Origin: Paramoeba atlantica
Taxonomy: Eukaryota; Protista; Discosea
Assembly: GCA_977017575.1 (NCBI GenBank)
Contig: CDRNVI010000044.1
Coordinates: forward strand, 62,001-126,000
DNA length: 64,000 nt
Direction of reading: 5' to 3'
Positions 42,501 to 56,480 of this stretch are shown piece by piece. Made by a program: the position numbers and the translations under genes. The notes beneath the pieces were generated by a model. That model was given only the letters and a program-made list of their open reading frames with translations, was not told the origin of the DNA and searched no databases. Numbering within the stretch: position 1 is the stretch's first letter; each line of letters begins with the position of its first letter.

Positions 42501-43897
42501 TCAACACTGAGGATCAGAGATTAACATAGTTGCCGAGTCTAATTGGCGCATATTATAAACTTGTGTTACCAAGAGGGTTATGGTTATGTTTATGTTTATG
42601 TTTAAAAAAAAATCACATCGAGAAATATTCCATATTTCGTGACTTGGGATCGGAAAATCTGTTGTAGGGTTGATAGTTTTTATTAGCTCTATTGTGTCGC
42701 AGTTCAAGACCGTGTCGTTGTTTTCACATCTGTTTGGTGAAGTTGATGCCTGTGGGTTGAATGTTTCAGGTACGGAGTCGTCATGACACAAAATGTGTTC
42801 CTGATCGAATTCAAGTTCAAAGTGCTTTTCCTCAAAGGTACCATTCCCGCGTAACGTCACAAGAAGAGACTGCACAGGCTCTACACATACATTTTTAGTA
42901 GTTTCAAGAGCGCTGCAAAGTTCACATCCTACCAGTGTTTAAAGTGCGGAGAATCTGTCAGCGACAAACAGAGAAACGAGCATCAAAAAAAAAATGTGGG
43001 TACGGTTCCTTTCACACAAGTGAACCAGACCTGGTAATCTATTGGCCATCAGGTGAAATTTACTACGACATAACAGTGGTAAATGAGCTGTCTAAGACAA
43101 ATTTAGGCAAGAAAGGCTCCAAACTAATGGAGGACGCACGAAAACGAAAGATTGAAACTTACGTGAGTTCCGGGCTAATCCCGAGCGAAAATTTTATATG
43201 CCTGCCAATGTTAGCAGGGGGAGCCTTGGATGGAAGTCTCTTGACCGTGTTAAAATGCCTGGCCAACGTTTCTGGTCGTGAGCGTGATGAGGTTGTACAG
43301 GATTTCAAAATAAAACTACAACAGTCAAATGGGACTATACTTTCGTCTCAGATAGCGAAGGCCGTTCCAAATTGATAGCGTAACCGTTAATAGCTTACAT
43401 AGACGCGTAGGCTAATTTTTTTTTAACCCCCAAATATGTGGGGGTAGCCCCGATTCTCTGTGTTGATTGTTATATGTAGGTTTTTATTGATTCAAGGGAT
43501 TTCTCTCAAGATAAAAACATATCCGTCTAAATATTTTATAGTGTAAATTTTATATGGAGATAGTTTCTCTTCGAAAATTGAGAGAAGGGGGGAAGGAGCA
43601 CATTTCTCATTTTCCTACGTGGCTTCCTGCTGTAGAGAGCTCATAGGATTTCACAGGAGAAATGCCTCCGAGATTTTTTTAGGAAAGAAAGCGGCAATTT
43701 TGATGAAGGATACGATTGGTCGGAAGGTTAAGAAATACGTCGCTTTGGACTTAATTCCTCCGCATCAGTTTCAATGTTTACCGATTCTTTCAGGAGGGGC
43801 CTGTCATAAGAATACCAAGCATCTCCTGAACGCATTGGCAGATGTTTGCGGTCTGAAGAGAAATAAAAAAAATAAACTGCAAAGATCATTGACATGA
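42501..43897. pseudogene. Cluster of CRE fragments: N-terminal piece (minus, ~42620-42870) and two RLE C-terminal pieces (plus, 42935-43375 and 43619-43897)
   Basis: TINPTTDFPIPSHEIW (compare TVNPTVNFPIPPDQIW); EPDLVIYWPSGEIYYDITV; MKDTIGRK..CLPILSGG. Confidence 0.75.
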
Positions 43898-45477
43898 GAT
43901 GAACGGAATTCATCGGGCACATTGATATCCCCCAGAATTTGGTACCATTGAGAGAGCAGTTGCACAGCATCACGGGTTTCTTCGTCCACGGAGCACAAGA
44001 TTTCTTCGATCGCACGTCCCATATACTTCCTTTTCTTTGCACTCGGTTTTCCTCCTGAACAGAAAATATGCGCAAAGGCATCTCTGAGACACATAACGGG
44101 TAATGGTTGATACGGTACCATAGTATCTCTTGCAATCAGGTTGAGAATGTGTCCGAAGCACGATAATTCTTTCACGCATGGTACAGCCATGCGAATCCCA
44201 TTACACACGTTGGTGACATCCTCAATCCCAACAGGAGATATTCGATCATAAATATCACGAAGTTCACGCTCAGTGGCCTGTCGTGCAACGTGATTCACGC
44301 CGCACCCATCGACCATGAAGTAACGAAGCTTTTGAACTCCGTCACCTAGGCCGAAGCATACTAACGATAGACTTCGCCATCTCAATCCCATTAAACGCTT
44401 TGTAACGTTTGTGATAGATTGGGGGCAGAACAAACGAATTGGCTCCTGCGTACAAAACACTGACTAATATGTTTTGATGCTTCACGTTGTCGATCCCTCC
44501 GTCCACAGCTATACCAAAGAAGGCGCTTTCAGAAACCGTCTTGTGGACTAGCTCCCATATTTCGGTAGCCAGGCCTTTCTCGGAGAGGTGGAATTTTTTG
44601 GCGCACGGTAGCTTCGAAATAATTTGGTCCGGGGAAATGTCAGGGCGTGCTCCTTCGTATGCACTTACGAACTTGAGAAGGCCCTCGGTCGATAAATTCG
44701 TCTGTGCTCCGAGGCATGGCAATGCTTTCGAAAGAAAAGTTTGAGCCGTGAGGTTCGTTTTTGGCGATTCATGGGCGCCTCCTTGTTGTTGTTTCTTCAG
44801 TGCTTTGCAAGATTCATTTTTGTGGGTATAGTATGTTTGCTTATACCTACTGTGAAGGGTAATGCCACACGAGCGACACACCGCATGTCGTCTTTGATTT
44901 GCGGAGTCTTTCAAGAAGGACGCCGACCCTTGTCTATACTCCATTTCCTTAATGCACAGCTTTGAAGGCAAACTCCCATTTGGCTTGAAAGAGGATAACT
45001 CATAGTAGAAAAAGTTCGATAGGTCTCCGTACTTCAGCGGATCCTCCACGTTTCCTGAACGCTGATCCTTCTTAAGTGCAGTGTTCAGCGGGGATTCCTG
45101 GAGAATTGAGACGCTGAGCTGGCTGGGCCCTACAATGCGTTGAGCCACTGCATCTGAAAGTACTTTGGATTTTGACCGAGTTCTGCTTTTCTTCGGCGGT
45201 AACTCTGTCAATCGAGTTGATCTGTTTTGATCCGAGAGCTCCGACACACTGTGCTATCGACCGTATCTTGTACAGGCTCCGGGGTATGACTGGCATGTTG
45301 AGATAGGATGTCATCGTGGGAGCTCCGGCTGCCAGGAGAGTTCATAGAAGAGGGTCCATTCCCTTGCGAGGTGGAAGAAATTATATTAGTTTGGTTTTCA
45401 GGGATTGCGGAAGACCGATGGGGAGGCCTCGGAATGCGTATTGGTATGTTTGCGACGGGCGGTCGTCCTCTCATCAA
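43804..45477 (-). pseudogene. hAT-like transposase, N-terminal and central part, frameshifted
   Basis: BED-like CRSC..H..C, GIAVDGG (first D), FMVDG and SCFGHILNLIARD (CxxH). Confidence 0.75.
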
Positions 45478-45734
45478 TTAGAATTTCTCGGAGGAATAAA
45501 ATAATGTTAAACAGCAGTCTAAAGAACAAATAAAATGTCATAGTGCGTAGAACAGACCAGTAATTACGTCGCATAGCATATGCATTGTTGTTTAAAGACA
45601 TTTCTTGAACTACAGTATGCAAAAAAACTGTTCACATGTTTGACACTTTTTTGTTGTTGGTGTTTCCCTGTGGCCAGGTGTCGTGTGCATTGAAGTAGTA
45701 TATCAGAGTAGTGTACGCGTGGGTACTAGGTATA

Positions 45735-47291
45735 CAGGGGGGGTCACGAAAAAGGTGGGGGGTCTAAAATTTGTACCGTGCGAGCTTTTGACCTTCCTTC
45801 GGCATTCAACAGATCTCGAAATTTTAAGACTACTGGCACCATTGTTGCCGCCCCTGAAGCTGATATGACGTCATGATAAAATTTTACTGAATTTTTTACC
45901 TGAAAATTCTGCAAAAAATCGGATTTTTATCATTTTTTATCATTTTAGCCCATTAATCTATGAATAAAATACCACTTAACTCTTTCTAACACATCTTTTA
46001 TGCCGAAAACACTTCGCCGCCAGAGGCGCACCCTCTCGACGCAACAAATCACTTATGAAACACGTGTAATTTGCGTCCATGAGGTACAAAACCAGGGACG
46101 TTCGATTACAGACACTGCTGCTCTTACGAAATGCAGTGAAGCAACTGTCTCTCGATGGGTTAAACGCCACCGGGAGACAGGAGGGTTAGAACGTATAAAA
46201 TACATACGTAAGAATGCGATTGATAATGAAGAGTTTCGAATAATGTTAGAATCTATTGTAGATGAAGAAAATCAACATAGTCCCATTGGCTGTCCATCTT
46301 GGAGGTGGGTTCACCGCCAGATCGATCAAACCAAGTACCCATTCTCTCTTTCGTCTGTGAAAAGATCACTGAAAAGGAGCGGGTACATAAGCAGAAAAAT
46401 GAGGAAAGTTCCTCATCTCACGCCTCAGCACAAATTCGACCGCCTGGAGTTGGCAAATCGTTTGGAGAGGTTCACCCCTTTTCAATACGCCCGTATTCTG
46501 TGGACGGATGAAAAGATTTTTAAATGCGGGTACCACTCACGCAATATTTGGTACATTTGCAAAAGGTCAGATGAACCCCTTGAGGTACCAAAAGATGTTG
46601 AGAAATATTTCGGAGGAAAGGGGGTTCATATTTGGATGGCGGTGAGCCTTGAATGGGGGGTTCCCAAGGTTCACTGTTTTCATGAGTTTGCGGAGAATGA
46701 GACGGTCACTAACGAAACGTTTCTCTCTGCCATGCCAAAACGAAATGGTTTCTACAACTGGTTAAAGCGTAAACCAGCGGCAACAGTGATCATGGATAAC
46801 GCTCCGGGCCATAATCACGCTCGCCGCGTCGGTAGAGACATGGGTATCAGCATTCCTGATTGGCCTGCCAAGTCGCCGGATTTAAATTTAATTGAAAATT
46901 TGTGGAGCATGATGGATCACCACATAAAATTTACTCTCCTCCCCACAAACCGTAAGGAACTACAAGCTACAATTCCAAAAGCGCTTGATTATCTATTATC
47001 TGATATGAAAGCATCGTATAATAATACTTTGACGAGCTTCCCGTCCCGAATCAGACTTCTTCGAGAAAAAAACGGGGGATCAATAATGAAATAATGAGAA
47101 AATCCAAATATGCAAAAAACAAAAAAACCTGTTTTTTGCCGACTCACCATTATCACTCAACCTTATATGCCTAAGTAGTTATAACTCACGTAGTCTTAAA
47201 ATTTCGAGATCTGTTGAATACCGAAGGAATTAGGTCAAAAGCTCGCACGGTACAAATTTTAGACCCCCCACTCTTTTCATGACCCCCCCTG
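45735..47291 (+). mobile_element. Tc1-like transposon 1, ~100-bp TIRs starting CAGGGGGGGTCA, TA TSD
   Basis: Inverted termini read directly; TA at 45733-34 and 47292-93. Confidence 0.92.
46000..47094 (+). CDS. Tc1-like transposase, DD32E, intact
   Basis: HTH (SEATVSRWVKR), WTDEK, MDNAPGH and WPAKSPDLNLIENLW. Confidence 0.9.
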   Translation: MPKTLRRQRRTLSTQQITYETRVICVHEVQNQGRSITDTAALTKCSEATVSRWVKRHRETGGLERIKYIRKNAIDNEEFRIMLESIVDEENQHSPIGCPSWRWVHRQIDQTKYPFSLSSVKRSLKRSGYISRKMRKVPHLTPQHKFDRLELANRLERFTPFQYARILWTDEKIFKCGYHSRNIWYICKRSDEPLEVPKDVEKYFGGKGVHIWMAVSLEWGVPKVHCFHEFAENETVTNETFLSAMPKRNGFYNWLKRKPAATVIMDNAPGHNHARRVGRDMGISIPDWPAKSPDLNLIENLWSMMDHHIKFTLLPTNRKELQATIPKALDYLLSDMKASYNNTLTSFPSRIRLLREKNGGSIMK

Positions 47292-49329
47292 TATGTTGCC
47301 ATAGAGCTTCCGACTCAATCGGCTTTGTAACAAAAGTGTGATCGTATGCAAGTAAAGAAAAACATGTGAACAGTTTTTTGGCAAATTTCGAGGTAAGATT
47401 TTTTAGGCGAAAAACACAATGTACTGATGCATAAAAACGAAGTATGTACCTTCAAATGAATACTAGCGGAACTCTTTCTTGTGTCTTGATTGATGTCTAT
47501 ATGCGCCTACGCGTGCTGTCGACCAAGGAATGGCTTAACCTTGTGGTATGCTTGCTCATTCCTATTTGACCTGACTTTAGAGCTCCAGAACACCTGTGAA
47601 TCGAGTTGCGCGACTTGCAATCGTTCTTTTTGGATGTTCTCTGTATGTGTTCTGGGGCTCCGAGGTGCGCCTAATGGGCTGTACATTCTAAAATCGTGTA
47701 AATCACATTAACAGAGAAGATCTTCGTCAACTTGCGACGCGAACTCTCCTCCCCCGTTCATCTCTGGCGAATTCAGATCCACATGTAATCCACTCATTTT
47801 GAGCGGCTAAGGGCATTGTGTGGCATTATTCTTGATTATTAGCATGTGAAAAATCAACGAACAGTTCAGTATTCGTGGTCCCTTGAAGCAGGACAATCTT
47901 ACTCGTACCATTGAGTGATATGCAGCACTATCAGGCCACCACACTCAATGGTACCTTGGGCAGTACACTCATCTAGACCTTCGCCCAAAATTTTATACAC
48001 ATATTCTTTTGTTCTACCACTGGAGTATGTACATCGCCTGTGAAGGATCTATTGAAATATCAAATACAGAACAAATACGTTTCTGTTCTAAATGCGTAGC
48101 AATAAAAAAACAGGCATATCTTTCCAAAATGTTCGAACTAAATAGGGGTATAAAATTTTGGGCGAAGGTCTAGATGAGTGTACTGCCCAAGGTACCATTG
48201 AGTGTGGTGGCCTGATAGTGCTGCATATCACTCAATGGTACGAGTAAGATTGTCCTGCTTCAAGGGGCCACGAATACTGAACTGTTCGTTGATTTTTCAT
48301 ACGCTAATAATGAAGAATAATGCCACACAATGCCCTTAGCCGCTCAAAATGAGTGGATTACATGTGGATCTGAATTCGCCAGAGATGAACGGGGGAGGAG
48401 AGTTCGCGTCGCAAGTTGACGAAGATCTTCTCTGTTAATGTGATTTACACGATTTTAGAATGTACAGCCCATTAGGCGCACCTCGGAGCCCCAGAACACA
48501 TACAGAGAACATCCAAAAAGAACGATTGCAAGTCGCGCAACTCGATTCACAGGTGTTCTGGAGCTCTAAAGTCAGGTCAAATAGGAATGAGCAAGCATAC
48601 CACAAGGTTAAGCCATTCCTTGGTCGACAGCATGCGTAGGCGCATATAGACATCAATCAAGACACAAGAAAGAGTTCCGCTAGTATTCATTTGAAGGTAC
48701 ATACTTCGTTTTTATGCATCAGTAAATTGTGTTTTTCGCCTAAAAAATCTTACCTCGAAATTGCAAAAAAACTGTTCACATGTTTTTCTTTACTTGCATA
48801 CGATCACACTTTTGTTTTAAAGCCGATTGAGTCGGAAGCTCTATGGCAACATAACCTACTTTATACCTAGTACCCACGCGTACACTACTCTGATATACTA
48901 CTTCAATGCACACGACACCTGGCCACAGGGAAACACCAACAACAAAAAAGTGTCACACATGTGAACAGTTTTTTTGCATACTGTATGTATTGAAATCATA
49001 GGGAATATTTTTCTATACTGGAGTAGCCAGTAAAATGTGGTAATATGTGGTAATAGGTGGTAAATTACCACCTATTACCCACCAGGGTATGGAAATGGGG
49101 GATGGTGGGTAAAGTATGAAAGAGTGCCGGATAAACTATTCCCGTTTCCCCCCGTTGATGCCAGAGTTGTTGTCTGAGGAGGAAGCGTCAAGGCACAGCG
49201 ATCAGGATCCCGTAAGAGAAAGCGGCGGAGGTACTATCCTCGGAATGGGGCTGAGCGTGGCAACCTCAGTCACGAGAAACCCTGTTTGTGCAACGCCAGG
49301 AACAAGGGTTTGACTATTATGACTTTGAA

Positions 49330-49500
49330 CGTGATTACATTGGGACTGGACGGCGTTGATAGGATATCGCTACGTCGTTGCGCAAGATTATGTCTACTTC
49401 TACGTCTACTCGTTCGTGTAGGATACCTTGTGGACCCTCTCCTTTCCCCTCCTTATAAGAAATCTGAATCTTTACCATTCCTTTCTGCACAATGCCCCTT
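49330..49500 (-). pseudogene. Short CRE N-terminal fragment nearly identical to 4805-4870
   Basis: KGMVKIQISYKEGKGEGPQGILH. Confidence 0.75.
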
Positions 49501-49630
49501 CCCATTTCCAGACGTCCACTTCGATGAATTACTACCCTTAAAAAAGCAATTTTATACATATTTTTTTAGGGCCCAACTGCGACTTCTTTTTCGTAAATTT
49601 TTCAAAAAGCACTTTTGAACCCTTCGATGA

Positions 49631-50500
49631 ATGATTACGAACATGTGCTGTCAAAAAAAACTGCGTGATATACAGATATGTTGTGTACAGGAAACGCGCT
49701 TTACGTGTGAAAATTCGCCGGTCAAGACGATACGAATTGGGACGACCACTTTTTTCTTGTATTTCATATCTGCCGACAATGGTTACGGAGGGTTGATGTT
49801 CATCAGCAGATTTTCTCTACGTCGCATCTTCAGCGTATCCGAAAGAATTGCGTATGCTGAAATAGAAATGGAGCCTTACCAAGCTGTGGTGTACAATGTA
49901 TACGCGCCAACTGCCGATGCTCCGGAAGAAGAACGTAAAGTGTTCATGGCACGCCTTACTGATTCTTTCGTACGAAACAAACGTCAATTGAAAGCTGTTA
50001 TGGAGACTTTAACGCTCCTTTGACGCAATCTATAAAAGGAAAACTAAAACTACCGGCGTACTGTGGTCTCCAAACATTCTTGGATAATGCAGATGCTGTC
50101 TCTGGTTTCGAAGTTTGTCCTACAGCGAGAGAGTGGACCTTCAGGTTTCCCAATGGCTATACCAAAAAGCTCGGTCACATTATTTTGACTCGACGGTTTG
50201 CATCGACAATTTCACGACATCGAGTCACACAACCTCCGATCAGCACCGGGCATTATGCAGTGGAAGCTTGTATTAAATGGAAAGTACATAAGAAGAAACG
50301 TCACACTTATCCTCCTTGGTTCCTTTTGCGTGACTCTGGAATTCTACAATTGTTCGCAGCCAACGTTGCAACGCACTTTGATAACACACGCAATCGAGAT
50401 GTGAGACAAGAGATAGAAGCAACGGATATCGAGGAGTTGTGGTTATCGCTGAAGACAAGTATCCGGGAAGCGCAAACATGCCTCGAATTCCAGCAAAAAA
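49631..50500 (+). pseudogene. AP-endonuclease fragment of an RTE-like LINE
   Basis: CVQETRF, NGYGG, NVYAPT and KKLGHI, related to 12454..14391; contains a stop/frameshift. Confidence 0.75.
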
Positions 50501-50699
50501 GGATGCACCTCTCAGCTTCGACACGCCAATATGTAACGACACACCGGTTAATTTGCAAGCACTATATCGAATATCGAGCAACAGAAAGGGGTTCAACAAA
50601 TTTGTGCGAGAGCATGAACAGCAAATATCGGAACTGGTTCAGTTGGAATGTCAAGTTGGCTAAACTGAAACAAGTATTACCAGGATCGAGGATTCGTCA

Positions 50700-53600
50700 T
50701 ACGCCAGGAGCGATTTTTTTTATAATGTTTTCTGCAAGTGGATTCTTTTTGCCCGGATGATCCCTAATTGGAACGAAGGACCCTATCTGGAAATGGGACG
50801 TGCAATCATTTAGACTGTTCGCGACGCGTATTGGCAGGCTCGCCAGGTAGATGTCGGATTGGTTCACCAGAAGCTGCAAAAAGAAGTGCGGCCCAATGAT
50901 AAGTTTTACCACCACGTAAATGAACAATTGGTGGAACGTCAAAAGCAACACTCCCGCGCAGTCGCTCATTCATCTGCTCACGTTTATTCTACCGCACGTT
51001 ATGGTCAAGCCCAGCCTCGTCCGTCTAATTTTTCTCAACGCAAGTTATTATGTTTCGGGTGTCAATCCCCAGAGCACTTGTGGTGTAATTGCCCAAAACG
51101 TTTCCAGCAGGGTTTTCGGGCGCGGGTGGCTGGCCCTGCTTCAAGCAGCAAGAGTCTTTGAAACGACCCCACCCTAACGGCCAGTACTGTCATAAAATTC
51201 AAATGTCGAATGACAGTAATTTCTACGCAAGTGATGAAGAGAAGGAAAATAAGCAGCATGGAGTATACACCCAACTCGGTGAACTTAAAAGGGAGATTGA
51301 TCACCTCAGGACAATTGTACAACGGTACTTTGAGTCTTCAACAGACCGCGCCAGCGCGACTAAGCCTCATGAAGTTGCTAATGGGAGTGAATGTGCTCAC
51401 ACCAGAAGTACGCACTGCGTTGGACGCAATGTCGGAGATGTGGAGCGTCTCCACGTGGCAGGCCAGAGCCAAGCTGTGGGAGCGTCTAACAACATTCTGC
51501 AATTGGAAGGGAATTCCAATAACTCCGTTGCACGCCGTGACTTTCATCGCCGAAATGCCGATCAAAATTCAGGGAAAGTTGACTTACGCGCGGAGCGTAG
51601 CGGCGATACTAAGCATGGCCGGCATGCAAACCAATCCCCTGCGTTTTTACATCAAATCCCTCATGGCCGAGGGAGCGGCAGAGCCGTTCCGACAGATGTC
51701 TCCCCTCACCCCCACGCAATTGAACATGTTATGGATCCACCTACCGTCAAGCGAAAAACATACATTGCTGCTGTGTTGGAAAGCGGCAAGCCGTTGGACG
51801 GAGACAGCAACGCTCACCAGGGGTCGTTTTTACGAGGTATCCGCAACGCGAATTGTAATTTGGTGGGGACAGAAGACAAAGACGTCCCGTCTGAACCCGT
51901 ATCGGCCCTCAATGTATACGGTGGTAGAGGGCGAGGGAACGCATCGCCTGGCGTTATAACAAACATACACAAACTCGGACACCTCCAACCAATGTCACAC
52001 GCAACGGTGACGGAGGCGAATTCGAAAATACGCAAAATTCTCGGCAGCGGATACGGGACTCATTCGGCAAAGCGTGGGGCCATCACGCAGTTGTTCAAGC
52101 AGGTTGCCGACGGCAACGTCCGTCTCGACGAGGTACAGCACCTCGCAAAGCACCAGTCAATCGAATCGTTACTCCGGTACAATTCCGACCCAGTGACAAC
52201 GGCGTTAGCCCTCGGGACCCAGAAAGCGACCAGAAAGCTGCACATATGGTAGAAGAGGAACTTGTTTTTAGCAAGTACATTGATGATGTTCCAGCAGAAA
52301 AGGTAAGACATACTATAACACGCACGCGTCGCACGTCTAAAGTGGCGACCACGAAAGATTTTGGTCTTCCTTTGCATATCAAAAGTGGGATTCCACAGAT
52401 GGATATTCGTAAACTACGAGGAATGATGAACGAAAAGCAACGTATTCGTTTTGATCAGACGTGGAAAATGATGTTAGAAGTTCCCGATGAGCGAGCTCCC
52501 GCTCCGAAATTTAAATCTTTTTTACCAGCTAGTGACGTAGAATTGTTGGAAGCCCAAGGCTTCATTACACGAGTTACTACCGCCGAGGCTGCAAAGCGCC
52601 CGTCGCGGGATTGGGCAATTCCTTTTACGGTTGTTGAGCCCGCCGAAGATGGGTCGGAGCGACGGCGTTTCATTGCTTGGACGCAAGGTGACAACGAGCG
52701 AATTAAGGAAACTTATCATCCTCATGTTGAGTTAAAGCATGCAGCGTACTATTTGCATCGTGTAAAAGAACAAACGGCGGTGAAGCGCGACTTAGCATGT
52801 GGATTTTGGCAAGTGGTTACTGTGACCCCCCCCTTTAATATGCACCCCCTTCTTACCCCCCTTTAATATGCACAAAACGGAGACTGAAGAAAATATGTGT
52901 GGTGGGACCCCCCCTTTAATATGTACAAAATTGAAGCTGAAGAAAGTTCGTGTGGTGGGACCGATTTGATTTTTTCTTTTTTTATTCTGTTTGGAAAGTC
53001 ACTTAGGCTACCAACTTCCAACATTAAGTTAATACTGTAGACTTTTTAGCTTTCTCTATCTGCTATATCTGTTTCTCTTCGTCAACACATGCCGCACACG
53101 GACGGTGTACCGACAACCGTGCATATGATAAAAGGTCCGCTGTCGAGATGGGCTCGGTCAGCGCCACCCTCCCCCCAGGTAGGGGAACGGGCACCTGTTC
53201 TACAAACGAATGCACCTCCAACGGTAAACGAAAAAAAGCGGCAGCGAGTTGAACTCACAATTTACGACAAACGCGAGATTTGTCGATCCCAGGATTCGGT
53301 GAAGGCTATTCGAGAAAAGTACGGGATATCTCGGAGAACAGTGTACGACATCCGTGCGACTGGGATATTGAATGATCAAAAATTAATAAATCGAGATATG
53401 GGGAACCAGCATCGTAACAGAGGGTTTAACACCAAAGGAGGTCATTACAACGACCCGGAGTCTGTCACGTACAATAAGGCAGAGGCAATGTGTGAAGTTC
53501 ATCGTGCTTGTGAAAAGGCATCTTCCTTGTGGTGTCCCTTGACCAAATCAATTGTAATCGATCTAATACGCCAAAACACGAAGTTGACTTCGGTTTCAGC

Positions 53601-56166
53601 ATTGGAAGACACATATGCACGCTTTCGGAAGCATTATGGGTGGGTTTGGAGAAGGTGGGGAAGGATACAGTGCCTGGCTCCGGCAGACGTGGAACATAGG
53701 ATATCACAGTGGGCGCAAAAATTTTACCTTCAGAATGCTGTTCGGAAATATCGTTTTGCTTTTTTCGGGGACGAAACGGCGATGTTCGTAAACGGTGAGG
53801 TACAAGGATATACGCTAGCGCAGATCGGATGCCCGCAACCGAAGGTGGTCGACACAAATCCCAAGGAAACTGTTACCGTCTTCCTGGCTGGAATATATGA
53901 CTTTGCTCTAGATAAGGTTTACCCTCTTTACCCAACTGTTATATTCAACCACAGCGCCAAGAATCGTGAGAGTTCTGGCATTTATGCTGAAATGACGCGC
54001 CAGGCTTCCGCTCTTACTGGAATATACGCGGATGTTAGTCAGCGTAGCGTGTTGTTAGTCAACAAATTCCGAAGAAACCCTTGGAGAAGTGTCCGTGGAG
54101 AACGTGCCGGAAGATGATTCTGATTCTGATTCTGATTGTTCTATAATTGTGAATTTAGTGAATGATTTGAACTTTGAAGATGAGTCCGTTAACAGTTGAA
54201 AACTTTATGGGGTCAGGGACATTGTCAAGCAAATGTTGGGGCTTAGCGAACCTCACCTCCCGAGCTTTATTTCCGTCCACAGCAACGGTTCATATTGTAA
54301 TATTATTTTTTACCACGGAACTGGGTTTTTCTGTGGTTTTTACTCGGTGTCGTGGAAGTCCTCGGAGTGATTCTCCAGGCATATTCTACTATGGGCGTTC
54401 AACAAACTCGAAATAATATTATAGTATCCTATGAATCAGTTACATTAGTAACTAGTATTTAGGTATGCACATTTTTTTATATTTTTTACTTTAAGCACTT
54501 TCTTGTTTATTAGTGTTACACAAGCTTCATGAAAAATATCTTTGCTCGAGAACAGTTCCTTCACTCTCTTCCCCTCCGTCATCGACCCTTGCTTCGATAC
54601 CGATGTCATTGGCACCATGTACGCACTTTCCACCTTCCCCCTTGTTTCACCCTTTCCTTCCCCCCTTTATTATGTACCCCCCCCTTATTATGCACCCCCC
54701 CCCCTTTATTATGCACCCCCCTTTATTATGCACCCCCCCTTTATTATGCACCCCCCCTTTATTATGCACAAACTCCAAAAACGTGTGCATATTAAAGGGG
54801 GGGGGGGTCACAGTATTCCTTTAGCATGTAGAGAGAAGTTTCGATTTAAGGATGCGAAAGGCGATTTGTTTGAAATGAATGTAATGCCTATGGGGCATCG
54901 GTGTGCACCCGAAATAATGCATGTACTAACAGCGACGCTGGCAGGGGATAAGCAATTTTGTACCGCGGATGCCGCGTTTTCTTCAGATAATGCCGATGTT
55001 TATATAGATGGTATCCGTTTTGCGGGGAGCGAAGTGATCGCTGAACAATACGTCAGGTTCGTAGACAACCGGGCTAGGGAAGTCAATGCGCGTTTTAAGG
55101 ATGCCGGAGCCCCTCCATCGCAGACCTACACGTTTAATGGTATCACGTATCACCATGGCCTAGGAAAGGTATCGTTAGGTCCAAAATTAACGCGCCGTCT
55201 AACGCAGGACGATTTTGCTACAGCAACGTATGGTTCTTTGGAGTCAGCGGTGGGTCGAATGATTTTTGCGTCAGGGGTGATGGGTATGCATTTACCACAG
55301 TTTCATCTCGAATTAAAAATTGTACGCCGTAGAATTAATCGGCTGAATAGAGAACCGTCTCTTCTTGACCAGCAAGTACCTTTACCGACCCCTGTGCGGG
55401 TTACTCTTACGGAATGGCGTGATGCTCTATTACATCGATCTCCTGTTGATCCACCGTGTCATCCGGACACAGTTCCGCATCAGCATGTTTTGTGTACTGA
55501 CGCATCGTCCACGGGGTGGGGCGCAGTGTTGTATCTTGACTACGGTCAGATGTTGTGCACAGGTGCACAGTGGCCTCAGGAATTTGAGTATGAAGTAAAT
55601 AGAGCGGAGGCCCGCGCAGTGCGATTGGCATTTGAAAAGTACGGGCAACATTTTGAGAAAGGAACGTGTGTAGACCTGTTTGTGGATAATACATCTTGCG
55701 TTGCTGCAGTCAATCGGAAAGTATCAAGCTCGGATGGGATCACGGAAGAGCTTCGTAGGTTGTTGAATTATTTACAGAAGAGAGGTATCGCAGTCCAAGC
55801 GCAGTATATTCGTTCTGAGGATAACCCTGCGGATCCGTATAGTAGATTGTAGCAGAGACTTTGGACAACATGAAATTTAAAAAAGAAAAGTAGTTCTAGG
55901 ATATAGTTCATATTTATATCTACATGTATATCTACATGTATATCTCTATATATAAATATATATATATAAATATACAATGTATATATAAAAAAAAATGTTT
56001 TGTAATGGTAGGTACGTCTGGAGTAGGCACTGGATTTATCTGCCATACAAGCGATTGGGTGATTGGAGTACGTGCGAATGGGTGGTCCCCGCGTGACCCG
56101 TTCGCAAGCTGAGAGGTGAGAAGTTGTGTGATGGGAAGGTTACTTTGTTTTCTTTGGTTATAGTCA
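50700..56166 (+). mobile_element. VIPER/TATE-like YR retroelement copy 4 (5'-truncated gag, frameshifted YR, RT/RH split by a pogo-like element)
   Basis: CCHC CFGCQSPEHLWCNC. YR 51210..51959 continues in the 51089 frame to HSAKR..LLRYN. RT 52246-52819 plus 54816-55852 rejoin as GFWQVVIPLACREKF. Confidence 0.88.
52820..54813 (+). mobile_element. pogo-like transposon copy 2 (internally deleted; transposase 53089..54117 truncated), TA TSD, ~19-bp CCCCCTTTATTATGCAC tandem repeats at 54660-54770
   Basis: TIR matches copy 1; TA at 52818-19 and 54814-15. The protein is highly similar to 38371 up to DVS. Confidence 0.88.
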
Positions 56167-56236
56167 TGACGTCTTGTTTATGAGTTAATTGTAGTGTTTG
56201 GATATGGATTCTTGGTTTCAAACAGTAGTGTGAGCT

Positions 56237-56480
56237 TTATAGAAAGTGTATGCTTGTTAAGTGTTGAGAGTTCATTTTTGTTACCTTTCTACCATCGGAT
56301 GATGAGCAATTCGATCTGGAACTACATGTATTTGCATCAAAATTTCGGATAACTTGTTTTTTGCTTACAACATGTATGACCTTTTGAGCCACCAACTTAT
56401 GGTTTTGTAGCCACTCCACGCACTGCTTTTCGGTCCAAGTTGAAATCTTACTTATTGTTAGCTTTCGTCGACAAGAAAAA
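56237..56480 (-). pseudogene. Possible Merlin/IS1595-like transposase N-terminal remnant
   Basis: TEKQCVEWLQNHKLV, with (in a shifted frame) HTCC and LSIKLTLLFE, resembles the Merlin zinc-ribbon region. Degraded. Confidence 0.4.

Larger units (their letters stand above)
45613..48983. mobile_element. Foldback-like element with ~830-bp inverted arms, CAGTATGC termini and TA TSD; a Tc1 is inserted in the left arm
   Basis: 45613-45734 plus 47292-~47998 is the reverse complement of ~48150-48983, with a ~150-bp spacer. TA at 45611-12 and 48984-85. Confidence 0.88.

Noticed and set aside
48180-48360. WWPDSAAYH as a mariner-like transposase remnant in the foldback arm
   Set aside because: The surrounding frame has many stops and no convincing SPDLNP/PIE motif at the expected distance.
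47490-48656. Two identical 73-aa ORFs as duplicated genes
   Set aside because: They are a by-product of the inverted arms and show no recognisable domain.
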